A stretch of 63,929 nt of DNA, the filler included, from Octopus bimaculoides (Eukaryota): the NCBI RefSeq assembly GCF_001194135.2. It is 7 parts of 7 records of this genome, joined end to end, with 100 filler letters (N's around TTAATTAATTAA, not from the genome) between each part and the next. Parts side by side here need not be neighbours in the genome. Positions count along the whole stretch, not along the records: positions 1 to 21,195 come from NC_068983.1; 6 more parts are not named here. One strand, 5' to 3'. Shown piece after piece: positions 1 through 12,682 of the stretch (positions are counted from its first letter, which is position 1; each line of letters starts with the position of its first letter). A program made the translations under genes and the position numbers. The notes below the pieces were generated by a model, which worked only from the letters and a program-made list of their open reading frames with translations, did not search any database and was not told the origin of the DNA.

Positions 1-13
1 ATATATATATATA

Positions 14-370
14 TCTTATACATAAATGGCAATTCCTGTCTGTCGATCTGCCTGTTACCATCTTGTTGTTTACAACATTGAGCCAATCTTGACGAAACTT
101 CGCATACATGTTAAACTAACATCCAGTTCATTTATAGGCTGAGTGTTTTTGAATAAAATAAATAATGGAACCTATTTGCCTGTTATTTGATAAAGTGAGA
201 AGGGTGCAAAGACTGTTAGTGTGAGTGAAACGTGGTATAATTAGAGTGGCTGATATCAGAGAAGAGAACACCGTTGTGTAAGCGACAAATATGGAGTAGC
301 AATGAGATGATAACGCTGATACAGTTGTCGTTCACGGATATACAGGTGACGCTGCATACTTTTGTAAACT
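14..370 (+). mobile_element. Possible Helitron-type non-autonomous element, 5' portion
   Basis: Starts A|TCTTATACATAAA...CTGTCTGTC, resembling the minus-strand end at 53932 (A|TCTATAATAATAAAAGCGAAATTCTGTCTGTC). Fits the Helitron 5'-TC after a host A. No 3' hairpin/CTAG found before the gap. Confidence 0.35.
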
Positions 371-434
371 TTAATGATTGAAAGGGTAGATGGCTTTTCT
401 AATGCCCATCGTAAAGAAAGCCTCACTCACAAAC

Positions 435-509
435 ATACAGATACATACATACACACATACATACATACACACATACATACATACACACACATCTATCTAT
501 CTATCTATA

Positions 510-548
<39 letters not shown>

Positions 549-552
549 ATAT
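435..552. repeat. Compound (ACAT)n/(AC)n/(ATCT)n/(AT)n microsatellite
   Basis: Seen directly; runs into an N gap. Confidence 0.95.
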
Positions 553-1329
553 NNNNNNNNNNNNNNNNNNNNNNNNNNNNNNNNNNNNNNNNNNNNNNNN
601 NNNNNNNNNNNNNNNNNNNNNNNNNNNNNNNNNNNNNNNNNNNNNNNNNNNNNNNNNNNNNNNNNNNNNNNNNNNNNNNNNNNNNNNNNNNNNNNNNNNN
701 NNNNNNNNNNNNNNNNNNNNNNNNNNNNNNNNNNNNNNNNNNNNNNNNNNNNNNNNNNNNNNNNNNNNNNNNNNNNNNNNNNNNNNNNNNNNNNNNNNNN
801 NNNNNNNNNNNNNNNNNNNNNNNNNNNNNNNNNNNATGCATACATGCATATGTACATACATACATATATATCATTTTAAACTCGAGATTGCCTGTGTGTA
901 CGTTCGTAAATCTGTGTGTGTATGTTTTCATGTGCATATGATAGTACAGAATATTATGAATAAAGTGAAAGCAGAAGATAGATATTTGCCAAAGAAAAAA
1001 AAAATGAAAATACTAAGAATGTAACAATTACGAAAATTGCAATACTTCGAAAATGCAGAGAAATTAATCTCTAGCTTTCTTTCGTAAATGCTTGCGTAAA
1101 TAAATCAAAAGATACACTTTGATAATAAAGAATTTTAATGCCTCGTTTAGTCTGACAGTTTCTTAATGTCTTGATTATTTATGATACATTTAATCCCAAA
1201 TTAAACTATAAAATAAAAATAATCAATCTATGAAACACACATACATAAGCACACTGATTCGATCAGTCGTATTTATATGCGTGTGTACTCAATTATTCAT
1301 ATACGCAGACGCACAAATACATAAAGAGG

Positions 1330-1469
1330 GATGTGTGCGTGTGTGTGTGTCTGCCTGTGTCTATGTGCCAGTGTGTGCTTGCGTTTGTATGTATACATAT
1401 ATATCCAAAGATGTAAGACGAAGACATTTCTATTGATTAAATACACATGCATAGACACAGACACACACA

Positions 1470-1503
<34 letters not shown>

Positions 1504-1700
1504 TATGTATACGTGCGTATGGGTTTGTGTCTTTCAGGGTATGTCTACATGCAAAGTGTTAGGAAGCGAGATGCCTATTGATTGTATGCAATATGTGTGT
1601 GTCGTGTGTGTATGTGTGCGTTTGTATATGTGTGCGTGTGTGTGTCTGTATATGTGTATGAGATATGTATGTTTCTATCCTGTGAGCTCTTGTAGCTGTG
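1330..1700. repeat. Degenerate (GT)n/(CA)n low-complexity tract
   Basis: Seen directly; includes a pure CA run at about 1458-1500. Confidence 0.9.
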
Positions 1701-2522
1701 TTTATACACATGGGAGTCTGAATAATGAGTTCATCATATCATAATATATATCTAATTATTTTATGAGTATGGAAAATATGCTTACAGACACACCATGAGA
1801 GGAAACAAAACCTATACAAAGAAGAAGCTAACAATTTCATTATATCTGTTAATGTGATATTGGTTATCAGTATTTTTTTACGTGTTATTCTTGATTAGAG
1901 ATTGTGTTTTATAAATGTTTCTGATTTAGATACATGATCAGCTAATATGAAATGATTGTTGTTAGTTTATACCATCATCCCAAGTAAGTTAATGTATCGT
2001 CCCCGAAATTATGGATGGCAAAGCTGCCCACAGTAGGATTGGATCTCAGAATGTAAGGAGTGTGAAGTATTACGCAACACTCTTTCCCAAGCTTGAACGG
2101 GATTATCATCTCATTGCTTTACTTTTATGTATTATCATAAACATGCATTATACTGTGTATATATAATAATAATATTATTATGTCTTATATAATATTATAC
2201 ACATATATCTATATATGCATTGTTGTTTTTCGTATTTGTGACCGTTTATGTATGGATGATAAATATATGAAGGAATTAATATCGATGTTGTTTATGTTGA
2301 ATTTCTGTACATGCGTATGTTTAAAGGTAATAACAATAGGAATATTCCTTCCCTGAAATATAACTGAGGGGCATAATCCAAAGGTAGTAATGCTGTTCTG
2401 TGGAAGGGGGTTATGCGAGAGCCGTTAGTAGTATAATAGTTAAGACAGGAAATGCTTAATGATGAAGTAATAATGATGAAGTAATAAAGGTGATGAAGTG
2501 ATAAAGGTAGGTAATTTTGTAG

Positions 2523-2669
2523 ATGTTTATCACAGTAAAGGTGATTCGAAAAACAATACCGAACACTACAACGCAATTGTCTTCGCATTCTTTATTGGAG
2601 TAAAAGTAGAGTCACTTGACGTTACGAAAAACTTCTTGAATATGATAAAAAGTTTTTGGGAACTGTTCT
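2523..2669 (+). CDS. Candidate internal exon (147 bp, phase 1-1), product unknown
   Basis: ttttgtag| acceptor and |gtaagt donor enclose an open frame DVYHSKGDSKNNTEHYNAIVFAFFIGVKVESLDVTKNFLNMIKSFWELF with many C-ending codons. No family recognised. Confidence 0.2.
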
Positions 2670-4094
2670 GTAAGTATAATGCATTTTTAGAATTACTCGA
2701 ATGGAAGTCTGAGTTGTTCTCAAATATATTGTTTTAAACAGCAAATGAATTTCCCTGTTATGTTCTTGTGCGGATTACGTATCTGGTATTTACCTAATTG
2801 AGTTACGTTAATGATATGACCCTTGACAATAAACTGTAGCTTAGATGGCTGATAGTTCCAGGTTGATTTTGAAATATATCTGGCTACACTGTCGAATATA
2901 AATTTGTCTGAAAATGCCTTTAAAAAATTGTAAGCATCGATATTTCAAATTCTAAATGACAAAAATTATTGAAAATATTCTTGTTGAGAATGCTGCATTC
3001 ATTCCATTTTGGGGGTTTTTTTTCCGATTTTTATTTGACATAGAAATTTGTTAAATATGCTTATATTTTTTTCTACAGTTTTGGTCATCCAGTTTATAAC
3101 ATGATTCAAATTACACATCTGTCATATATAACGTCATTATATAAAATGCAGATATTATTTCAGGATATCTTATTTAAGGATATATTTTAAAGTAACACAT
3201 GAATCATATTGCAAATGATACGATTCGACCTATGACAATATCATAAGTGAGACTAAGTTTCTTTACAACTATGCATTCTGAGGAATTGTATAACACATTA
3301 ACTTTTCTAAATTTGTCATCAGGGAATTCCACAATTTCTATAATTAAAGAGTTTTGAATTTCTTAGCGCACTATATAATGTCAATACTTCCATGCAAAAT
3401 GCAATTATTTTTTGGCGACAAACATGATATATCGGAATATGGATGGCTTTCAAGATTAGATAATAGGCAAGCACTATAGCAAAATGGAGAGCGGATGGTT
3501 GTAGTTAGATATTGTGTTATAGTTGTTAGCGTTGCATTTGCTATTGATATCCATCCATATTGTAATTGTAATACACAAATGGAAATGAAATTATATGCAT
3601 ATATATATATAAAATATGTAAGGTTTCATTACAATGTTCTCGGCAAAACGCTATAGAAAGATTGAAGATAGTAGCAACTAACATAAATTTTTAAATCGCG
3701 GTCATCTCAAACGCTATATATCAAAAGAAGAGGAATGTGGGTGAAGTAGGTTTTTCCATTAATTCAAATGGATCGCTTTCAGTTACAACACAATATAATC
3801 CTATTTGGAACTGAACTGAAGGGCATTCCAATAAATGTACTAAAGTTCTTTTGCGGTTAGGCTCACAGACAACAACGCCAGAAAAAGAATTATAGAGGAT
3901 CGTTAAAACTTTCATCTTTCGCAATATACGTACAAATTTATATATATATATATAGATATATATATTACGTACATACATATTTTTTTCTGAATCTTCCGAT
4001 TTTTTCAATATGCTAGGCCACTGCTGGTTTTAAATTGATATTAATCAAATTAATATTTAATTTTTCATCCTTATTACTTAAATTTATATACACG

Positions 4095-4138
<44 letters not shown>

Positions 4139-4545
4139 CGTGCGTTTGTGTATGTATGGAAATGAGAATAGTTCTCTCACGGTTTTTGAGATTAAGAGTA
4201 TCTTTCGTTACTCTGTTGAAATCATGTATTTCTTCTCTAATGAACAGAGAAACAAACATGATTCTAAAAGGTTCAAATATCATTTTATAGTTGAATTGAT
4301 GGAATAATTATATGTAAACTGATATAAGGTGCAGTAATTAACGCAGAAATCAAACTCGCTATTATTAATTTAATAATTTCTAGCTAATGATTTCCTCATA
4401 AACACTTCCGATTAAGATATATTTTACTGTAATAAATGGTGCATGATCCGCTTACTGCCATAACATGTCTTCAAAATTATTTCATTTAACTGCTTTTAAT
4501 TTTGTTATATTAATCCAATAATTATCTCCTGAAATTGTCATTTGC

Positions 4546-4581
<36 letters not shown>

Positions 4582-4729
4582 NNNNNNNNNNNNNNNNNNN
4601 NNNNNNNNNNNNNNNNNNNNNNNNNNNNNNNNNNNNNNNNNNNNNNNNNNNNNNNNNNNNNNNTTTTTTATTCAGAATCGAGGTATATGACGTCATCCAA
4701 AATACGTTGCCAATCATAAAATATTCGGT

Positions 4730-4789
<60 letters not shown>

Positions 4790-4800
4790 TCATTCTTTCT
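4730..4800. repeat. (TTTC)n microsatellite
   Basis: Seen directly. Confidence 0.95.
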
Positions 4801-6689
4801 TTCATATGTTATTATTTTTTTTGTGCTTCCGCCGTGCCGTCTGGTTCCTATTATCGAATGTTTTCAGAGACGGATAGTGAATTTACAGTTTGGCTACCGA
4901 CAATATTCCAGCCCCAACCACGTCAATATCACACCTGCGTGTATACTAACGTGGTTATGATTTAGACATTGCCTTGAAAATATGGAGGATTCTATAGAAC
5001 TAGAAGTTAAAATACATTATTTTGCCTCATAACGAAGAGCTGAACCTAGAGAATTTGCATCAACCTATACTCTACATGAATTTCATTCAACTTTCAATAT
5101 GCAAGAGAAAGCGCCAGAGGAATATGCAAGTTACACAAGCATATATCTCCTTTTGTAAACTTAACACATTAATTCCTGCACGTAAAAATAATTTGTACAA
5201 TATTATATTACAAATACTTTGGAGAAAAAAATGCGTTTTGGAAAAACTGCAAAGTACAACCTAATTGTATTTTGAAAAGAATTTCAATAGTGTGTTGTCC
5301 AAAATAATCGATTATGTATATAATTGATGAAAATGTTGATAAGAATCTGAGAAGAATTTTAATGAAAAAATATAAACAGATTTAATTTTCGCAATATTAA
5401 GTACAGACCATTCCAGACACAATAAGCCGCTTCGTGCTGTAATAAACCGATGCCAATTAATTTATATTTCAACATAAATTAATTGAATTGTTGTATTAAG
5501 ATTATTTGCATTTACAATATTTAAAATATTTATCTAATGTATAAAATGTAATTATCAGTTTTTAGTGAAATACTGTAAAAAGTATTTAAAGATTATATAG
5601 ATATTTGCCCGTGTGTGTGTCTTTTCCTGTGTGTTAGTATATTTTTATTGAAGTTATTTCTCTTCAAACTCTGTCTGTGACCTCATAATAATGTGGGTTT
5701 ACTTCTGTATTTATGTCAATTTGCATAATTTTGATTTAAGAACGTGATGACAAATGATTATTAGCATGATATTATCTGAAAGAAATTATTTGTTATGACC
5801 TCAAATGACTATGCAAATAAGTGTCGTTTAATTTTGATCAATATGAAATCTAATGCCGATTCTTTCCCCTATACTCATTGCCGCTAAAAATGTGGAGAAA
5901 TGATTGATTTCATTTGTGAATTAAAATATCACTCAGTTTTTATTATACTTCTCTCGTTTAGTGTGAACATGTACAAAGGCATTTTCTTTTTTTCTATCAC
6001 AAACCATACTGATACCATGGATACACATCAATAAAACATGAAAGAGACCCCTAAGAAGGGCTGAAAATTATTAGAACGGTAATAAATTCATATGTTAAGA
6101 AAAAATCCAAAAAGGGTTCCAGACAATGCAGATTCTTTACATACTGTAAGTCCCCGACAAATCAAACCTTACTCTTAAAAATTGACATCATGAATGAGAT
6201 TTTCAGATATAGAATACTTGAGGATATAATACGATTTTTAAGCCACATATGCCTTTTACCATAGATCTACTCTACTTCAAGTGATGTGTTGTGGCACAGC
6301 AGCATGTAAAAAACTGAACACATTAAACGATCATTTCCAAATCGAACCGAACAAAATTTGGTTCAGAATTTGTGCACGCACTATCCTTGATATGCTTGGG
6401 CGTATATGTTCCTGAATGATATTCGTGAATAACTATTCAGAAAATTTGCTTTATTGCCGTTAAAACTGTACATTCACACGTCAACACTGAGTTGTCAGAA
6501 GCATAACCAAATGGATTTCACTATGTTGTGCATTCAGCTTTCTTTTCAGTTTCAGCAAGTACTCAGACTATTCTGTTGTAAGTTTGAGTTGGGAAACAAA
6601 CTGCTTACCACGATATATGTAATTAAATAAACGAACTGAAACATCTAGTATATTTTCGGACTGCCTCCATTTCAGTTCTTTTGTTTTTA

Positions 6690-7069
6690 TGTCTTTTATC
6701 TTTCATTTGTTTCCGCCATTAGACTGCGGCCACGATACATATTCTATCAATTCTTACCGCCAGATTCTAAACCGCCAGATTAAAGGGACGTAAACACAGC
6801 AACAATTTTGCCAAGCGGTGGTGGGAGATAAAAAACAGATACAACGACACACCCACGTAAATATACATCACACATACGCACGCCCATACACACACATATA
6901 TACATGCACACACATACTTATACAACAGACTTCTTTGTTCCCCAAATTAGAAGGCTTTGGTCAGCCCTTTGCTATAGTAAATAACATTTAACCAAGTTGT
7001 GACGCAGTAGAACTGTACCAGGAACTATGTGGCTGGAAAGTAACATTTTGCCACACAGTTACACGTGCG
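6690..7069 (-). mobile_element. Decayed CORE-type tRNA-derived SINE (family 1)
   Basis: Degenerate match to the family-1 copies elsewhere in the window (head, CORE, CA-rich middle, tail). Confidence 0.7.
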
Positions 7070-8289
7070 TTTTCCCACACAGCCACGATTAACACTATCT
7101 ACACAACACGATTGTGCCTATCTTTTGAATTTTAACGTTTTGTATAATCATTCGTTAAAATTAGGTGTTTTTCCATTTGACTGTGCCAAAGTAAGATAAT
7201 ATTATACATAAAAAAATAATTTATTGTTGTCCTTGTTTGCTCTTATTAGTGCAGGTGGTGTTTATATCAGGTTATATCGGATATATAATAGTACTACCAA
7301 AACAGTTTCAACCACGATCATATGTACAGAAACGTGGAATGTTATAAACCGTATCGTACACTACAAAAGAATGCGAGTTGCGATTCTTGGGATGTTGGCT
7401 GGTATTTCTAACTTAGTAGTTCAACATGTTAAAGCTCTCTCAGTGGAAACCTTATCATAAACATGTGCATATTTATGTTGCTTAGCTTCAGGTCAACTCA
7501 GATCGACAAAAAGGCATTCGATCCATGATACACTCGGCTTTGTTGTCTATATCAGAAGCGCATTATCCAGCATGTTATATCACCGATCTCGGATTATGTA
7601 GAGTCCTGGTGCTCTGTGCCAGAATTTTTTCAAAAATAACTTTGTACTTAAATTGCAAGCAAAAATAGAAACGCCAGCTGCTAAATGGATAGGCACAGCC
7701 AAGCAAACTTGTTGCTTTTGTATAATCCAAACTCTTTACACGGCCGGGTTTCGATCATTCAAACATAGGTTGACAAATTCGATAGAACAGAGCTCCCTAA
7801 GTGCTTGTACGCACAGGATGTATTTTCAATGGTGATGGGCTGCGTTTTTTTTAGCAATAAGATATACTATCAGCACATTTCACGTGATCTAGCAATTACT
7901 GTTAACATCTGGGAAGGAAAAAGGTCCTTCTGTATATACATATTAACTAATGTAATTCCGGATACAGAAACGCATTAGAGACAAAAGAATCTACGACATG
8001 AATGCCTTTCATTATACAACATGTCAGTCTGCAATAACAGTAACAGCAACATCAACTAATTCAAAGGATTTCCATGAAATAACTACAATCATTTGAAGAG
8101 ACAATTCAAATGCAAGCATTACAATATATAGCCCACACCAGTTGGTTACTTGTTGGGGATTGATGTGGTTTTGGAAATTTCATGCTGAACAAACATCACT
8201 CCTGATTTGTTTATAGTAATCAAATAATAGTACTGCACATTAGCTCTCCCCCTCCATCAAATCGAAAAGGCCTTATATATTCATGGAGT

Positions 8290-8420
8290 AGCCCACGTTA
8301 GATATCGAAGTGATAGCTGAGCAGTGCTTTGCTCAAGAACACAACGCACCACATGGTCCGGAATTGAAACTACAATCACGAGATCGTAATTTCAGCAGCT
8401 TAACATTGGGTTACGCACTT
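8290..8420 (-). mobile_element. Decayed tRNA-derived SINE head (family 4)
   Basis: Reverse-complemented tRNA-like head and CORE-like segment (tttgctcaagaacacaacgc...ccggaattgaaac). A similar remnant lies at about 45330-45445. Confidence 0.4.
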
Positions 8421-9321
8421 GATATGTAACTATATTGATAGGAAACTGATATGTATGATTTTATACAATTTGTCAGTCTTGTAAAAATTTAAAATCAGTG
8501 TAAAATATTCACTTGTCCAATTCAAAAGTGAATGCGACAAATATATATAACACTTTTATTTTATTATTTAAAATAAGATAAGTTCAAGACTAATTATTAG
8601 GGATTAAACAGCGAAAACATTTATTTCATTATTTCAGAGTAAATTTGCGAATGTACCAATCACCAACATTAAAATCTCCATATCTTGTAATATAAAAACA
8701 AACTATTTGGAACCAACAAAGTCTGATAAATTCAATATAAATATTGGCGATAATTGTTTGAGTAGTGTTTATGCGCAACAGTTCATGAGTGTTTCATTTG
8801 TATCTCATAATTTGCTGATATGTTTGAAAAACGAATATGAAAGCCCGTACATGAAACAAAATCCCAAACCTTAAGTTTGTTTTTAATATTTCCCTAACGA
8901 TATTAGTGAAATTGATAATTTGATAGAATATCTATTGTGCTTTCCGTTTCTAGCAAATTGGTATTGTCCATGGGATATTTATCGGACCATTTGCAATGTG
9001 TACGAAAGCACAATTATTTTCAGTTCATAGATGAAGATAAACATTACAGACCTCTGTTTTCGAAACAAAGTGGAAGTTCGCTTCACTAATCCAATAAAAC
9101 CGTAATAAATATCATAATTCATACTTCCCTTGTTTTGCCATGGCAAACAAAATTAGCTCGAATCAAATGGCTTTTGGTCAAATCATGTCACAATAATACA
9201 AAATAATGTAATTTTCACATTGCTTTCAATTAGTAGAAGCATCTATTTAATAACAAATTGTGTTATTGCTGATTTTTTCTATTATTTTTATTATTGTTGT
9301 TGCTCCTGTTGTTTTTGTTGT

Positions 9322-9361
9322 TAGTATTATTATTATTATTATTATTCTTATTATTATTATC

Positions 9362-9425
<64 letters not shown>
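9322..9425. repeat. (TTA)n followed by (TAG)n microsatellite
   Basis: Seen directly. Confidence 0.95.
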
Positions 9426-9696
9426 TTTATCGTATTGTTATTGTTAATGCTTGCATCTCGATATCACGTAAGTTTTCATTTTTCTACCGACTTGTAACTG
9501 TTGAGTTTTGCGTTCCCTTTGTGGCAGAACCGATCGCAGCCATAAAACCCCAGCCATTTTCTATTGTTTTTCTCTTTTTGAGGCGTTTTTCTGTACAAAA
9601 ACATATACATTAGTTAAATATCCAATTTCTTTATCGCTAATTAATGCTGTAATATCCACTATGATCTGAAATGCGGGAAACTATACAAGGCTGGCT

Positions 9697-9744
9697 GAGG
9701 ACTACAAAGCAACGGCGCCAATGAGGCATTCATTTGTAGTCTTC
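9697..9744. promoter_or_regulatory. Inverted ACTACAAA pair flanking a CCAAT motif (candidate regulatory element)
   Basis: GAGGACTACAAA (9697-9708) pairs with TTTGTAGTCTTC (9733-9744), one G.T wobble. GCCAATGA lies in the loop, in a locally CpG-rich unique region. Function is inferred only. Confidence 0.25.
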
Positions 9745-10794
9745 CATTTGCCATTTATGATAATATAATAATATGCTGTACACGTTATACGTAGGGAAAC
9801 GTCCGTTTTCTAGGATTAAAATAGGTGAATTGCTTTCACTTCTGCTTCACTTTTGTCGCATCAAAACGATTCGGAATATTTAACAAGTGCTGCATTTTTT
9901 GGAGAAGAGGGAGCGTTTATATTTAAAACATTATATGAAATTTTATATATTTTTCACGATGATTATACGGGGTGTTAAAGGCAGAATGAGAATAATAGAT
10001 CACAAGGTCTGGTATCAATGACGAGGTCGAAAGCATCAAATTTCTTTAAATGTAAAAACAGTAAATGAACCTTGAAACTTAATTTCGTAATGCTTGACTT
10101 ATAAAGGACAAGGTTAACAATAACCATTAGAATAGAGAGAATAACAATAGGATCTATTAATTATAAAAGAGACATTTCATCACTGCCCACGCTTTCAGAA
10201 GAAACATTTCAATATTTATTGAACTCATTATTTGCCATATATGTGCAGTTACTCGCGTTAACATCGGAACTATGATGTGTAAATGTGTCGGATCAGGACT
10301 TTTGGCCATGTATTACTCCAACAAGTTTAATAGCCCTATTGTTAGTGACATTATTTCTGCTTCCCAGTGTCAATATATTGATAAACTATTAATTTTTTTA
10401 AAAAATATATCGTCAGAAGTTAGGGAAGACAAACAGGAACAAGAGGGGTCATGTTTTAAGTTTAGTTTCGACAATAATTACCCGATTCTCTTTCACCACA
10501 TTAAATCGGTTGGCTGATCTTAGATTATGGTTTCGCAAAGCTCCACTGATAGCCAATTATGTTGTTGAGTGAAGCATTCTATCGTCCTGTGGATTCAGCA
10601 AGTTATTTGTGCGAGGTGTCAGTTTTCGTCTTGTAGATCATGGACTCCTGGTTTCCGGTTTCTCAGTAATTAATTCTAGATGTTTTGTAAGATGCATTTC
10701 GTGATTTGAATACTAGAAACCACACGAACATTGATGTTTGTGTCCCAACTTCAACCCAGCCCTAGTAACAGCTACATCAAACATACGCGGTCAT

Positions 10795-10808
10795 GCACAA
10801 GCACACAC

Positions 10809-10858
<50 letters not shown>
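10795..10858. repeat. (CA)n microsatellite
   Basis: Seen directly. Confidence 0.95.
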
Positions 10859-10860
<2 letters not shown>

Positions 10861-12504
10861 ACATGTATATGTCTGTACGAATTTATAGGAATAATAAGGA
10901 TAAACTCATGCCTGTATAAGAATCCCTACGCACGTTTCATCATTATGGCTGTTTCACGCACACAAAAGATGTTTCTACTACTTGGGGGACCTACTACTGG
11001 ATGCAAATTTAGACTGACGTTAAACAAGAATTTGGTAATGTGTTCACGTCAATTGGTGTCACATTGTATAACATTTTTAACAATAAGAATACTATATTTC
11101 TAGAATAGTAGGAGGGACTTAAAGTCATGAGTGTCGTACGTGTAGTACTTCCATATTTGTACTCGAAATGCAATTTTTGTCAGATATTGTGAACACAAGG
11201 AGAAAGAAGTATGATGAAGCTGTTCAACATCCCTTATTTTTTTTTGTTAACCGTTGTCTTATAATGATATAGCCGGGATTGTGTCGGGGAAATGATGGGT
11301 TATTGTGCCATACGAAAATAAATTGCAAATGCCAAATGTGAAAATATATTTTGATAATGCTCTGCTAGAAGTGCTGCAGTTTGGGGTACTCAATTTCCAT
11401 ATTGACGGTTGGCAGCAATAGACCACATTAGAAAAGGCATTTTCGCTATTCCAGCGTATCACTAGCAAACGTTCATGTCATGTATTTGACGGTCAATACC
11501 CGTGATGGTCACATAAATTACACTGTACAATAATGTCACCCGAAGCTAGTATAACCGGTTTCCTATAGTGGGTCTGCGATATATACAGAGTAAAATACAC
11601 CGGAGTATAATGGAATATAAAACAATCCGAAAACCTGCTACACAAAGGGAGAAAGAATATGCAATTACAGAATGTGAAGTAAAGGAAGAAACCATATGCA
11701 ATTACAGAATGTGCACGTCAAAACAGTTGAAAATGTTTCAAGACCATAATAAGCGATTGCAACAGTCATATTTTTGAAATGCACTATATACACTGAAAAA
11801 CAAAAGCCAATTGTAAAATTCATTCTCTACAATATAACTGCACCCAATTGTATTTTGCGTTTTTATGGGCGGTCTCTTGGTAGTGACAGCGAGTGCATAG
11901 ATAATGTGCCGGTTTTAGCCTTAGCACACACATGTATCGCCATATGCATTTTGAAAATTAGATAAGAGCACAAAAACTTATAAGGCATTGCAACACAAAT
12001 ATCTATTAATTTACTAATATAAGATTGCTTGCCACTTCTGTGCTTTCATGTATATGGTATCGCTTCGTCAAAACACTCCTGTACATTTAGACTTCTAGGT
12101 ATGAGCAATATAACTTTTGCCTCATGTAGATTATTGTCTATGAGCATGTAGATATCGAGAACAATATGGTGTAACAGAAAAGTTGATCGGCTTAAGTAAA
12201 TAATTATTTTAATGTACTATGTTACCGTTGGCAATATTACCCTGCTGGTCGCACTGTGATATGAGATGTTTGACGTATGCATTTGAACCTGTGTGTATGG
12301 TGTGTATGTGCCTGTTTATCTATCTGTCTTAATATCCGTCTATCTGTCTGTATGTATGTCTGCTTGTATGTATGCGTGTGGGTGTACTTACAGAACGTGC
12401 ACATGCTCTTCACACAGGCATCAAAACTGGGGAATAAACATGTGAGTAATTATATTTCTGCTAGTTTTGCCGACGTTAATATTTATCTCACAAACATGTA
12501 ACTA

Positions 12505-12682
<178 letters not shown>

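Noticed and set aside
3690-3812. Frame ..FSINSNGSLSVTTQYNPIWN* resembling a cadherin strand or the carbonic anhydrase GSLTTP motif
   Set aside because: No LDRE/DxND or GSLTTPPC consensus, an early stop and no splice support.
4688-4714. Perfect CRE (TGACGTCA) next to CCAAT
   Set aside because: Short motifs are expected by chance in 64 kb, the site lies next to a gap, and there is no linked gene.
6550-7460. Possible tiny exons (6550-6578, 7165-7190) and a 59-64-nt intron at 7191
   Set aside because: Joined frames stop quickly and give no recognisable peptide; too weak to list.
11650-11720. 20-bp direct repeat ATATGCAATTACAGAATGTG
   Set aside because: A simple local duplication with only two units; not CRISPR-like.
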